Source of the DNA: the human T2T-CHM13v2.0 reference genome, Homo sapiens
Direction of reading: 5' to 3'
DNA: 64,000 nucleotides
NCBI GenBank assembly: GCA_009914755.4
Contig: CP068257.2
Location: 14,272,001 to 14,336,000, forward strand
The notes below the pieces were generated by a model. That model ran no database searches. It was not told the origin of the DNA and was given only the letters and a program-made list of their open reading frames with translations. The translations under genes were made by a program, and so were the position numbers. Of this stretch, positions 1-14,460 are shown in pieces; the first letter of the stretch is position 1; each line of letters begins with the position of its first letter.

Positions 1-1937
<1,937 letters not shown>

Positions 1938-2086
1938 TTTGCCAGTCTGTGTCTTTTAATTGGAGCATTTAGTCCATTTACATTTAAAGTTAATATTATT
2001 ATGTGTGAATTTGATCCTGTCATTATGATATTAGCTGGTTATTTTGCCAGTTGGTTGATGCAGTTTCTTCCTAGCCTCGATGGTCT

Positions 2087-2833
2087 TTACAATTTGACAT
2101 GATTTTGCAGTGGCTGGTACCGGTTTTTCCTTTCCATGTTTAGTGCTTCCTTCAGGAGCTCTTGTAGGGCAGGCCTGGTGGTGACAAAATCTGTCAGCAT
2201 TTGCTTGTCTGTAAAGGATTTTATTTCTCCTTCACTTATGAAGCTTAGTTTGGCTGGATATGAAATTCTGGGTTGAAAATTCTTTTCTTTAAGAATGTTG
2301 AATATTGGCCCCCACTCTCTTCTGGCTTGTAGAGTTTCTGCCGAGAGATCCACTGTTAGTCTGATGGGCTTCCCTTTATGGGTAACCCAACCTTTCTCTC
2401 TGGCTGCCCTTAACATTTTTTCCTTCATTTCAACTTTGGTGAATCTGACAATTATGTGTCTTGGAGTTGCTCTTCTCGAGGAGTATCTTTGTGGCGTTCT
2501 CTGTATTTCCTGAATCTGAATGTTGGCCTGCCTTGCTAGATTGGGGAAGTTCTCCTGGATAATATCCTGCAGAGTGTTTTCCAACTTGGTTCCATTCTCC
2601 CCGTCACTTTCATGTACACCAGTCAGACGTAGATTTGGTCTTTTCACATAGTCCCATATTTCTTGGAGGCTTTGTTCATTTCTTTTTATTCTTTTTTCTC
2701 TAAACTTCCCTTCTCGCTTCATTTCATTCATTTCATCTTCCATCACTGATACACTTTCTTCCAGTTGATTGCATCGGCTCCTGAGGCTTCTGCATTCTTC
2801 ACGTAGTTCTTGAGCCTTGGCTTTCAGCTCCAT
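2087..2833 (-). pseudogene. L1 ORF1p remnant. It starts at an internal Met; the N-terminal coiled-coil part is out of frame.
   Basis: The 248-aa ORF aligns to L1 ORF1p from ...MELKTRAQELREECRSLRSRC... to ...YQPLQNHAK. Upstream sequence (2834-3050) is not in frame with it. Confidence 0.85.
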
Positions 2834-4138
2834 CAGCTCCTTTAAGCACTTCTCTGTATTGGTTATTCTAGTTATACATTCGTCTTAATTTTTTTCAGTT
2901 TTCAACTTCTTTGCCTTTGGTTTGAATTTCCTCCTGTAGCTTGGAGTAGTTTGATCATCTGAAGCCTTCTTCTCTCAACTCATCGAAGTCATTCTCCGTC
3001 CAGCTTTGTTCCGTTGCTGGTGAGGAGCTGCGTTCCTTTGGAGGAGGAGAGGCACTCTGCTTTTTAGAGTTTCCAGTTTTTCTGTTCTGTTTTTTCCCCA
3101 TCTTGGTGGTTTTATCTACTTTTGGTCTTTGATGATGGTGATGTACAGATGGGTTTTTGGTGTGGATGTCCTTTCTGTTTGTTAGTTTTCCTTCTAACAG
3201 ACAGGACCCTCAGTTGCAGGTCTGTTGGAGTTTGCTAGAGGTCCACTCCAGACCCTGTTTGCCTGGGTACCAGCAGTGGTGGCTGCAGAACAGTGGATTT
3301 TCGTGAACCGCGAATGCTGCTGTCTGATCATTCCTCTGGAAGTTTTGTCTCAGAGGAGTACCCGGCAGTGTGAGACGTCAGTCTGCCCCTACTGGGGGGT
3401 GCCTCCCAGTTAGGCTGCTCAGGGGTCTGGGGTCAGGGACCCACTTGAGGAGGCAGTCTGCCCGTTCTCAGATCTCCAGCTGCATGCTGGGAGAACCACT
3501 GCTCTCTTCAAAGCTGTCAGACAGGGACATTTAAGTCTGCAGAGGTTACTGCTGTCTTTTTGTTTGTCTGTGCCCTGCCCCCAGAGGTGGTGCCTACTGA
3601 GGCAGGCAGGCCTCCTTGAGCTGTGGTGGGCTCCACCCAGTTCGAGCTTCCTGGCTGCTTTGTTTACCTAAGCAAGCCTGGGCAATGGCAGGCACCCCTC
3701 CCCCAGCCTCGCTGCCACCTTGCAGTTTGATCTCAGACTGCTGTTCTAGCAATCAGCGAGACTCCCTGGGCATAGGACCCTCTGAGCCAGGTGCGGGATA
3801 CAATCTCCTGGTGTGCCATTTTTTAAACCTGTTGGAAAAGCGCAGTATTGGGGTGGGAGTGACCTGATTTTCCAGGTGCCATCTGTCACCTCTTTCTTCG
3901 ACTAGGAAAGGGAACTCCCCGACCCCTTGTGCTTCCCGAGTGAGGCAATGCCTCGCCCTGCTTCAGCTTGCGCATGGTGCACTGCACCCACTGTCCTGAG
4001 CCCACTGTCTGGCACTCCCTAGTGAGATGAACCCCGTACCTCAGATGGAAATGCAGAAATCACCCATCTTCTGCGTCACTCACACTGGGAACTGTAGACC
4101 GGAGCTGTTCCTATTCGGCCATCTTGACTCCAGCCCCC

Positions 4139-5213
4139 ATAACTTATTTATTTCTGCTTTCATTTTGTTATTTACCCAGTAGTCATTCAGGAGCAGGTTG
4201 TTCAGTTTCCATGTAGTTGTGAGGTTTTGAGTGAGTTTCTGAATCCTGAATTCTAATTTGATTGCATTGTGGTCTGAGAGACAGTTTGTTGTGATTTCTG
4301 TTCTTTTACATTTGCTGAAGAGTGTTTTACTTCCAATTATGTGGTCAATTTTAGAATAAGTGCATTGTGGTGCTGAGAAGAATGTATATTCTGTTGATTT
4401 GGGGTGGAGAGTTCTGTAGATGTCTATTAGGTCTGCTTGCTGCAGAGCTGAGTTCAAATCCTGGATATCCTTGTTAACCTTCTGTTTCGTTGGTCTGTCT
4501 AATATTGACAATGAGGTGTTAAAGTGTCCCATTATTATTGTGTGGGACTCTAAGCCTCTTTGTAGGTCTCTAAGGACTTGCTTTATGAATCTGGGTGCTC
4601 CTGCATTTGGTACATATGTATTTAGGATAGTTAACTCTTCTTGTTGAATTGATCCCTTTACCATTACGTAATCGTCTTCTTTGTCTCTTTTGATCTTTGT
4701 GGGTTTAATGTCTGTTTTATCAGAGACTAGGATTGCAAACCTTGCTTTTTTTTTTTCTTTCCATTTGCTTGGTAGATCTTCCTCCATCCCTTTATCTTGG
4801 GCCTATATGAGTCTCTGCACGTGAGATGGGTCTCCTGAATACAACACACTGATGGGTCTTGACTGTTTATCTAATTTGTCAGTCTGTGTCTTTTAATTGG
4901 GGCATTTAGCCCATTTACATTTAAGGTTAATATTGTTATGTGTGAATTTGATCCTGTCATTATGATATTAGCTGGTTATTTTGCCAGTTAGTTGATGCAG
5001 TTTCTTTGTAGCATCGATGCTCTTTACAATTTGGCATGTTTTTGTAGTGGCTGGTACCGGTTGTTATTTTCCATGTGTAGTGCTTCCTTCAGGAGCTCTT
5101 GTAAGGCAGGCCTGGTGGTGACAAAATCTCTCAGCATTTGCTTGTCTGTAAAGGATTTTATTTCTCCTTCACTTATGAAGCTTAGTTTGGCTGGATATGA
5201 AATTCTGGGTCAT
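4139..5213 (-). mobile_element. Internal LINE-1 fragment (ORF2 start through the ORF1 C-terminal region), directly abutting the 5' end of the previous L1.
   Basis: Minus ORF 4080..4787 matches the L1 ORF2 endonuclease ([41 protein letters not shown]...). 4800-5213 parallels 1860-2280 of the first copy (gtctctgcacgtgagatgggt..., ttcaggagctcttgta...gctggatatgaaattctgggt). It starts at the L1 position equivalent to ~1213 in copy 1. Confidence 0.88.
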
Positions 5214-6529
5214 TCTATGTAACCAGGAAATTTCCTCTTATTTTACTAAGAACCATGACTTTCTCTGCTTAAGGTGTTACTTGTTTTTTCCCATAAAATA
5301 TGGTATACACTCATAATCTTGAATACGTGCTTTTCCTGTGTGATGAAATTCAAGTACCTTTTAATCAGCTTTGACTTCTAACTTATTTAAATTAGCTTCC
5401 CAGGAAGGGAAACAATAACACTGGAGAAACTTTTTTTTATCTTTGTGGTAAACGGCCTAAAAAACAAAGACTTTGCAGTTTTATCAGATAATTTCCTATG
5501 TTTCATGTTCTCTTTGTTGAGTTTTTTGATTAGTTAAGAAAACTGAGCTTTAAAAAGTTTAAGTCTTTTTTTTTTTAACATCTGTATAACTTTCCGTATT
5601 GCTTTTAAAGTATTTCATTATCACTTTGGGTAAAAAAATGACTATAATTTTACAGATACCTGTTATATTCTCTTGATAGGGTGTGTTTTAAACCTTTTGT
5701 AATCTTTGACAGGGTTTCTATGTATTAAAATAACTAAATTAAGTCTTTCTGCCTTAAAATTACTTTGGAATATTTCAGTTGGGCCCCTAGAGAGGATCAA
5801 TGGACATATCTCTCATCTTGTACAGATATTAAGTGATTAGGTTTATTTAGTAATTGTATAAAGAAAGTCAAATGATAAGTGATGTTAGATCTTTTAATTA
5901 CATTTACAGGTATGTTATTGATATGACGATCATAAAATTATATAATATTCTTAAAAATCTAGTATGTCATTAGTCATAATTCTGGTTATTATATTGAATG
6001 CCACAAAATAACCGAATTTCCTTGTCTACTGCTTCACTTCCATCAGATTTTTAACTATGGCTATTCTAAATCTCTGTCATCCATAGTTTTTACTTCCTTG
6101 AATGTACACATAGTTTATCATGGGACTCTTATTTCCATTGCAATGCCTTTTCCCAAATATTATTTTTTAAAGAAAGTCTTTATTTCTGGTTGTTATTTGG
6201 GTTGACAGTTTCATCCATTTTGTTGTATCTCTATGATTTCCTTTTCATATTATTAATACAGCCAGCACAAGGGAAAAGAGACTGTTGGGAAAGCACACTA
6301 GCCTCTTAAATTATTTGGCCCAATGTGACATACACCAATCATTTTCACTCACCTTTCATTAGACAAACACTAGTCACATGGCTACCTCTGGGAGCTAATG
6401 GGGCTAGGGAAATGTACAACCTGGTTGGGCAGCTGCTCTATAGCCAATCCTTTTATTTTCAGCCATAGAACACATTTGCCCTCTACTCAAGGAAAATAAT
6501 GCAAATTCTCATTCCCTTCTTATATCCAG

Positions 6530-7035
6530 AAAAACAGTCCAAGCTCTCTGGATGATGTTCAGTGTAGTAGGCTGAATAATGGTCACCCAAAGATATGACA
6601 TCCTAATTCCTGGGACCTATAAATGTTACTCCATAAGTAAAAAGCAACTCTACAGATGTGATTAAGGATCTTGACATTGGAGATTAGCCTGGATTAGCTG
6701 AGTGGACTTTAGATGCAATCACAAGTACCCTTAAAAGTGAAAGGCAGAAAGAAATTTGAGACAGAAGAGAAGACAGAAAAGGAGAAGGCCACGTGAAGAT
6801 GGATGCAGAGATTATAGGATTTGGATGCAGCAAAAGTATGCCATTTACCACCCAAACTGGATGAGATAAGGAATGGTCTTCCAGAGCCTCTGGAGGGAAC
6901 ACAGCCTTGCCAACACCTTGATTTCAGCCAAGGAAACTGATGTTGAACTTCTGACTCCAGACTATGAGAGAAAACATTTTTGTTATTTGAAGTCACCAAG
7001 TTTGTGATCATTTGTTACAGAGCCATAGGAAATGA
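6530..7035 (+). mobile_element. Old ERVL-MaLR LTR, MLT1-like, diverged.
   Basis: Reads like MaLR LTR consensus blocks: ...gatatgacatcctaattcctgggacctataaatgttactccataagtaaaaagcaactctacagatgtgattaaggatcttgacattggagattagcctggattagc... and ...ccttgatttcagccaaggaaactgatgttgaacttctgactccagactatgagagaaaacatttttgttatttgaagtcaccaagtttgtgatcatttgttacagagccatagg. Confidence 0.45.
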
Positions 7036-7916
7036 ATGACTGACAGTGACTCTTCATGATCATTTGAGCATGTTTTTGAGTGGTCCTAAGGACAGTTAAG
7101 CAATCAGTAGATCTTCTTTTTCCTTCTTGGAAGGGGAAAAGGACTTTTTAGCAGTGGATACCACATTATCATCTCTGATACTTTTGGTCTGATGAGATAA
7201 AGATTGATATTAGTTCACGGTGAGAAAAGCACTGGAAAACATACAAAGATGGTCTGCCTTTTCAGAATCTGCTTTGGTGTTTCCACAGTCCTCTTTTAAC
7301 ATAGATACACAAGAGACTATGTTTATCAGAATTTCACCCATTACAATCAATTACTGTTTGTGTGTATTCCTTCTGTGTGCCTTACCTGTTATCAGTGGTG
7401 CTTAAGGAATGAGAGACTTGACCTAAAATATTTTCGTGGTGACAAGATTTTTTGATCACCCTATATCTTTTCACCCCACTCCAGCTAATATCATCCTGAT
7501 TTCTATTGGGTTAGTTAACTCTCCCAATTTTTTAGATTAAAACTACAGTGCTCTTGTCTTCTCTAAGCAAGGAATAGGTATATGACCTAAGCTTCAGATA
7601 TTGGGCTTACCTTCCAAGGACTTTGACTTTTAAGCAGAAGAGTGGTAAAGACAGAGAGTGTTTGGATGTCATTACTTTCTGCAGTTATCTTTTGCAGGAT
7701 GATCAAGTTGTGCCTGCTGCCTGGAACTCTAGAACAACTCTTGATCCAGATTTTTCCTGAAGTTCTCTAGACTTTCTGTCAATCGTGTATGCTGCCCAAT
7801 AGCATCAAAATAAATTTTTTTCTAGTTTTTTTCTTTAAAAATTTTACTTAAAAATTTTCCCCCAATCATCAGAACCTATGAATAAAACAAATTTTATACT
7901 TGCTTAGGTTGGACAT

Positions 7917-7944
7917 TGATATGGTTTGGCTCTGTGTCTCCACC
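7917..7944 (+). mobile_element. 5' stub (first 28 bp) of a MaLR solo LTR (THE1/MST-type), split by a nested insertion.
   Basis: tgatatggtttggctctgtgtctccacc matches the canonical THE1/MST LTR start TGATATGGTTTGGCTGTGTCCCCACC. It continues at 10234. Confidence 0.75.
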
Positions 7945-10233
7945 TGTATTAGTCCATTTTCATGCTGCTGATAAAGTCACACCTGAGACTGGGCAATTTA
8001 CAAAAGAAAGAGGTTTAATTGGACTCACAGTTCCATGTGGCTGGGGAGGCCTCAGAATCATGGCAGAAGGCAAGGAGGAACAAGTCACGTCTTGCATGGA
8101 TGACAGCAGGCAAAAAAAAAAGAAAGTTTGCTCAGGGAAACTCCCATTTCTAAAACCATCAGATCTCATAAGACGTATTCACTATCAAAAGAACAGCATG
8201 GGAAAGACCTGCCCCCATGATTTAATTACCTCCTACCAGGTCCCTTCCACAACACATGGGAATTCGAGATGAGATTTGGGTGGGGACACAGAGCCAAACC
8301 ATATCGTTCCGCCCCAGCCCCTCCCAAATCTCATGTCCTCACATTTCAAAACCAATCATGCCTTCCCAACAGTTTCCCAAAGTCTTAACTCATTTCAGCA
8401 TTAACTCAAAAGTCCACAGTCCAATGTCTCATCTGAGACAAGGAAAGCCCCTTCCACTTATGAGGTTGTAAAATCAAAAGCAAGTTAGTTACTTCCTAGA
8501 TATTATGAGGGTACAGGCATTGGGTAAATAGAGCCATTCCAATTGGGAGAAAATAGCCAAAACAAAGGGGCTGCAGGCCACATGCAAGTCCAAAATTCAG
8601 CGGGACAGTAAAATCTTAAAGCTCCAAAATCATATCCTTTGACTCCATGTCTCACATCCAGGTCACGCTGATGCAAGAGATGGGCTCCCTTGGACTTGGG
8701 CAGCTCTGCCCCTGTGGCTTTGCAGGGTATGCACCCCTTCCTGGCTGCTTTCATGGGCTGGCATTGAGTGTCTTTGGCTTTACCGGGTGCACAGTGAAAG
8801 CTGGCAGTGGATCTACCATTCTGGGGTCTGGAGGATGGTGGCCCTTTTCTCACAGCTCCACTAAGTGGTGCCTAAATAGGGACTCTGTGTAGGGGTTCTG
8901 ATCCCACATTTCCCTTCTGCACTGCCCTAACAGAAGTTCTCCATGAGGACCCTGCCCCTGCAGCAAACTTCTGCCTGGGCATCCAGGTATTTCCATACAT
9001 CTTTTAAATTCTAGGTGGAGGTTCTCAAACCTCAGTTCTTGACTTCTGTGCACCCATAGTCTCAACACCACATGGAAGCTGCCAAGGCTTGGGGCTTCCA
9101 ATCTCTGATGCCACAGCCCAAGCCGTAACTTGGCCCCTTTTAGTCACAGCTAGAGCTGCTGGGATTCAGGGCACCAAGTCCCTAGACTACACACAACATG
9201 GGGACCCTGGGCCTGGCCTTTCAAACCTTATTTTCCTCCTAGGTCTCTGGGCCTGTGATGGGAAGGGCTGCCATGAAGACTTCTGACATGCCGTGGAGAC
9301 ATTTTCCTTATCATCTTGAGGATTAATATTCAGCTCCTTGTCATATATGCAAATTTCTGCAGACGGCTTGAATTTCTCCTCAGAAAATGAGATTTTCTTT
9401 TCTATCATATTGTCAGGCTGTGAATTTTTCAAACTTTTATGCTCTGCTTCTATTATAAAAATGAATGCCTTTAAAAGCACCCAAGTCACATCTTGAATGC
9501 TTCTGCTTAGACATTTCTTCTGCTAGATACCCTAAATCATCTCTCTCAAGTTCAAAGTTCCACAAATTTCTAGGGCAGGGGCAAAATGCCACCAGTCTCT
9601 GCTAAATCATAACAAGAGTCACTTTTGCTCCAGTTCCCAGTAAGTTCCTCATTTACATCTGAGACCACCTCAGCCTAGATTTCATTGTCCATATGATTAT
9701 CAACGTTTTGGTCAAAGCCATTCAACAAGTCTCTAGGGAGTTCAAAGTTTCCCATGTTTTCCTGTGTACTTCTGAGCCCTCCAAACTGTTCCAACCTCTG
9801 CCTGTTACCCAGGTCCAAAGTTGCTTCCACATTTTTAAGTACCTTTTCAGCAATACCCCACTCTACTGGTACCAATTTACTGTATTAATCCAGTTTCATG
9901 CTGCTGATAAAAACATATCTGAGACTGGGCAATTTACAAAAGAAAGAGGTTTATTAGACTTACAGTTCCACATGGCTGGGGAGGCCTAACAATCATGTTG
10001 GAAGGCAAGGAAGAGCAAGTCACACCTTATGTGGATGGCAGAAGGCAAAAAAAAGAGCTTGTGTAGGGAAACTTCCATTTTTAAAACCATCAGATCTCAT
10101 GAGACTTAGTCACTCTCACGATAACAGCATGGGAAAGACCTGCCTTCATGATTCAATTACCTCACCAGGTTGTTCCCACAACACGTGGGAATTCAAGATG
10201 AGATTTGGGTGGGGACACAGCCAAACCATATCA
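7945..10233 (-). mobile_element. Full-length THE1-type ERVL-MaLR element: rc-LTR 7945-8306, internal region 8307-9880, rc-LTR 9881-10233.
   Basis: Both terminal ~355-bp blocks are reverse complements of THE1 LTR consensus. They start tgtattagtcc/tgtattaatcc and end ...gggaattcaagatgagatttgggtggggacacag(ag)ccaaaccatatc(a/g). The ~1.6 kb between them has MaLR-internal character. Total ~2.3 kb, the classic THE1 size. The two LTRs are clearly diverged from each other, so the insertion is old. Confidence 0.8.
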
Positions 10234-10593
10234 CCACCCAAATCTCATGTTGAATTGTTATCTTCAGTGTTGGACAGGAGGCATGGTGGGAGGCAATTGT
10301 ATCATGGGACTTGATTTCCCTCTTGCTGTTCCTGTGATAGTGAGTGAGTTCTCATGAGATCTGGTTATTTAAAAGTGTGTAGCACTTTCCCTTCTCTCTC
10401 TCTCCTGCCACCATGTGAAGTCGTGCTTGCTTCCCCTTTGCCCTTCCTCCATGCCATGATTGTAAGTTTCCTGAGGCCTCCCCAGCCATGCTTCCTGCAC
10501 AGCCTATGGAACTGAGTAAATTAAACCTCTTTTCTTTATAAATTACCCAGTCTCAGGTAGTTATTTATAGCAATGTGAAAACTGACTAATACA
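10234..10593 (+). mobile_element. Remainder of the host MaLR solo LTR (MST/THE1-type), from consensus position ~21 to its 3' end.
   Basis: ccacccaaatctcatgttgaattgttatcttcagtgttggacaggaggcatggtgggagg...ccatgattgtaagtttcctgaggcctccccagccatgcttcctgcacagcctatggaactgagtaaattaaacctcttttctttataaattacccagtctcaggtag...actgactaatacag ends with the canonical MaLR LTR 3' end. Confidence 0.8.
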
Positions 10594-13500
10594 GACATCA
10601 TAAATGTCTGTTGTTTGCAACTAAATAATCTTAAATCTACAGGAAGTGATGAAAGTAAGTTCTGATATCTCGAGGGAATTTTCCACTTGGAAGAGAGGAA
10701 GGAATAGCACAGTTAAATGGATAATTTATAAAAAGAAGTGTTGACCTACATATTTATTTAGGTAATGGAAATACCTTAATATCTCTGAAAATTATCTAGT
10801 TATTTTGACCTATGTGCTTTTTAAAATGTCCATATTGATGATAAGGAGTGGCTTTTCATTCCGGTAAATTCATTCTGCTTTGAATTATGTAATTTAACAT
10901 GTATTCAAATTACTTCTATTTAAAAGTACACAAATTGATCTCATTTTCACTTGGCATTTTAATTTATCAATACCTGTGTGGATATTTCACAGTATTTTCA
11001 GTACAGGAAATTTCCTTCCAAACAGTAGAGATTAGATACATGTATTGTATAAGATGGTATATTTATATTGCCATAAATGGATACGTTAAAAATAATGTCT
11101 ACTTCAAGAAAGATTGTGGGACTTTATTTTGTTAAAGTAATATTTTGGATTTCCTACATTTTTATGTCATTATTTTGAAACAAATTTATATGCGTACCAT
11201 TAATTATTATTGAATTTAAAACTGCTTGAAGATGTATATCATTCTGGGATCAATTAGGATACAAGACCCACATTGTAATTTTAACAGAGAAAGTTTAATA
11301 TAAAAATTAATAACTATAACCTACCTACGTTACCAACCAAGTGAAAAAAGAACTCTAAACAATAGTGGAATTGTAGATATAGGAAACAGCCATTACCTGT
11401 GGGCCTAAGGCAAGAGCATCAAAGGAAGAAACAAATCTGGAGTAAGTACCCTTCTCTGCCATTTGAGAGGCTGGGGTCACGGCCATGGCCCATTGATTAG
11501 TGGAAAAGTTCTCTGAGGAATATTGCCAGCAGAAATTGCTAAGAAGTTGTCTTCTGGGATGCTTGGGAAACTATCCACAGGGGCAGTTGCTTCATGGAAT
11601 TTGCTAGTAAGCTGCTTGAAGGGAGGCTGCCCTCTGAAATGCCAGGGGAAGCTGCCCATGCAAAGGTGCCATGCAGCAGAGCTCACTGGAGGGTGGCCCT
11701 ACTGCATTTTCCGTGCCCTGCTATATGCTGTGTACCACAGGAGCAAGCAGAGAAAAACACTGGAAACAAGCCCTGTTTTCCTTCAGTGTTTCCTAGAGCC
11801 ATCTGCTGACAACACGAACATTGGGCATCTGACAGAGGAGAAATATTTATAAGGTTTAGCTCCAGTATCACAGGCAGAGCAATGGAGGATGGATTTGGAG
11901 CTGCAAGGCAATAAACTGGTAACTGAACAAAGTAAGTAGAATTGCTTTTTTTTTTCCTAAGTGAAAACAAGGGGTCTTGCAAGACTTGGAATTCACAGAT
12001 TTATCCAACAAGGGAAAACAGTAAAATTTTACATATGGCTTCATATAGTTGTTTAAACTTCATAAACAAGAATCTAGTTAATGTTTAGTTTTTGGAATAT
12101 TCCTTTGAAATATTTAAGTGCATTTATGCAGTGAAAGTGTCAGAATTCTCAGTTTTAGCCTGTGAATATGCTCTATTGGAGAATTTTTTTTTAAATAAAA
12201 GATACTGCCTGGTCATAAACAGTTCATTCCCTAGGGGGAATGTCTGTGGTTTCTTAAAAATTGAGTTGGGGTAGTATTTGCATGGTTCAAGCCAAGCTGA
12301 TTTTGGTGTATTGCTGAATCATCCAAGACACGGAGTTGTATTCCATTTAACCTGATTGGATAGAAATAAACATACCATGTGTTGAGGTTGCATCTACAAT
12401 ACATTGTAAATTGTAAAGTGCTATGTAAATCTACTCTAGAAGTATTTCTGTTTTGACTCTACTTTTTCTAATGTTATATAACTTTTATAACGTTTAAAAA
12501 ATTCTCTTTGTAAAATCATTCTTAACAGCTGTTGAAGTGATATCACAGAGCTCATCAGAGAGACCAATTCAAAATACTATTTATAACTCTCTGTGACTGT
12601 AGGAGTTTACTATAAAATAACAGCTTCTAGATGTCATCTAGAGGAAAACTAACTCTTTCCCAAGTGGGCCTGAACGTTATTAGAACTTCAGATAGCTGTC
12701 ACCCCTTAGGCATTTCTGCAGAAATACCGTCATTTCATATTACACTTGTAATGTTCTGAATCTTTATTGTCCAGAGTTTGTTTTGCAGTGGCTGTAGAAC
12801 CAATCAAAGAGGAATGAAATTGAAGTAATGGCTTGCTATTTCCCAGTGTATTCCACAGAAATATGATGAAATCCTATCATCAGAATGAATGTTTTATAAA
12901 ATTGAGTTTATTTTTGTGCTAAGATTTCTAGAGTTTACCTTCTAACATAAGGTTCCAGCATATCCCGAATTTAATTTTAAAAGGCTTGGGAGTTTCCAAA
13001 TATCATTACCATATTTTCCAATCATGCACAACCAATTTGTAATTTAAGCAGAAAAGAAAATAGAGCATGAGTAAGGCTGAAGTGTTTGCATCTGATACAC
13101 CTGCCTAAACTGTGTAGCTGAAAGAGTGGATATTTCAGATACCACAGGGTGGAGCATGGGCCACTCTGTAACTCTATTGTAGAAACTGCTTTTTAAGTTT
13201 TCTGGAGTAGAGTTGTTATTTAATTAAGTAATATAGATCCCCCTCTAAAAATTAGTCCCCTCCCAAATTCCTCATCTCTTAATTACTGTAAATACTGGTT
13301 TCATTTTGCTTGCAAGTAGTTTTCTGCTTCCTACATTTTTGAGGTTTACTAATTTGGAAAGAATTATAATTTGTGTACTCTACCTCATATAACTCGGTAA
13401 TACTACAGAGTCCATGGTAGAAAAGTTTCATTTTCCGTGTTTTGGTCAATTTTCAAGAACTCTTATTCATAACATAGTCAGTTTTATTTGCTTTATAAGA

Positions 13501-14460
13501 CAATAATTTCTTACAAATACAAGAATGTTAGAACTGCCATTTAAGAGAAAAAAGCTTCCTGTCTTCCTTTATTTAAATATTAAAATTAGAAAATCCCTTT
13601 TGCCTAACAACATTCATCCCTGAGATTCAGATACCTTCAAATAAAACCAATAAAGGTGGAAAGTGACACATTTATCCTTTTACATTTGATTTAATGGAAA
13701 AGTTAGTCATCCACAATTTTTTTTCTCTTGAAAATAAAAACCAGACGAAAAAATCATGTTAAGGCAAATGGCCACACAATTTCAGATATTCAATGGTTTT
13801 GAAATCTCAATGGAGTCTTTCAATTGTTGCTTTTAAGAGAGAAAGGTTTACAAGAACTTTTATAGTCTTATCTCACAGGGAAAAATATTCTATAAAAAGG
13901 CTTATATTGCTTTTGAATCATGCCATTATCTCATAAATAAAGACTCAATAAAAATTGACTAAAAAAGAGAGAGAAAAGAAACAGTATTTAAAGTGAGATG
14001 GTATATTAAAAATGATCAAATTCAATAAAACCTTTTTGGGCTTGTTTTTCAAATAACTAGATACTAAGAACTCATTAAGGAAGAAAGGTAGTTCAGAGCA
14101 ACTAGAAAATTAATTAACTATTTAACTTAAAGTTTGATGGGCACTTGTCTTTAAGGGTTCCATTCTCACAAATAATATTCATAATTATGTTTGACAATAT
14201 TTGAATAATCCTGATTTACAAGCAATTAGGTATATAGGCACTTGTAAATGATTATGGGATGTATGTACAGGGATTGTAAGGGATGGTGAAAGAAAATATG
14301 CAAATGATTGTGGACAAATGAACCCCAATCCATAACACAGCTGACAATAATTGGTATACATGGAGTAGAACACATACATTTTTGACCCTAATTCTTAAGT
14401 TTTTAACCTACATTCCAGTCTCATGTTGTAAAAAGCCATTATTAATTGCTGTCATTAACT

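Noticed and set aside
3225-3867. ORFs 3225..3413 and 3616..3867 on the + strand
   Set aside because: They lie on the antisense strand of the L1 5'UTR, with no protein similarity. The L1 antisense ORF0 is far shorter and located elsewhere. They are spurious.
8503-9489. Several 80-116 aa ORFs on both strands (8503..8853, 8647..8892, 8850..9101, 9187..9489)
   Set aside because: They are inside the internal region of the THE1/MaLR element, whose gag-like coding capacity decayed long ago. No intact domain is recognisable, and the overlapping frames on both strands are typical of GC-moderate non-coding DNA.
9881-10593. Apparent ~350-bp palindrome (inverted LTR arms meeting at 10233/10234) that might form a cruciform
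   Set aside because: The arms are two different MaLR LTRs (the THE1 element's own LTR and the host MST-type LTR), only distantly similar (~70-75%). The arrangement is fully explained by the nested-insertion model, and a stable cruciform is unlikely.
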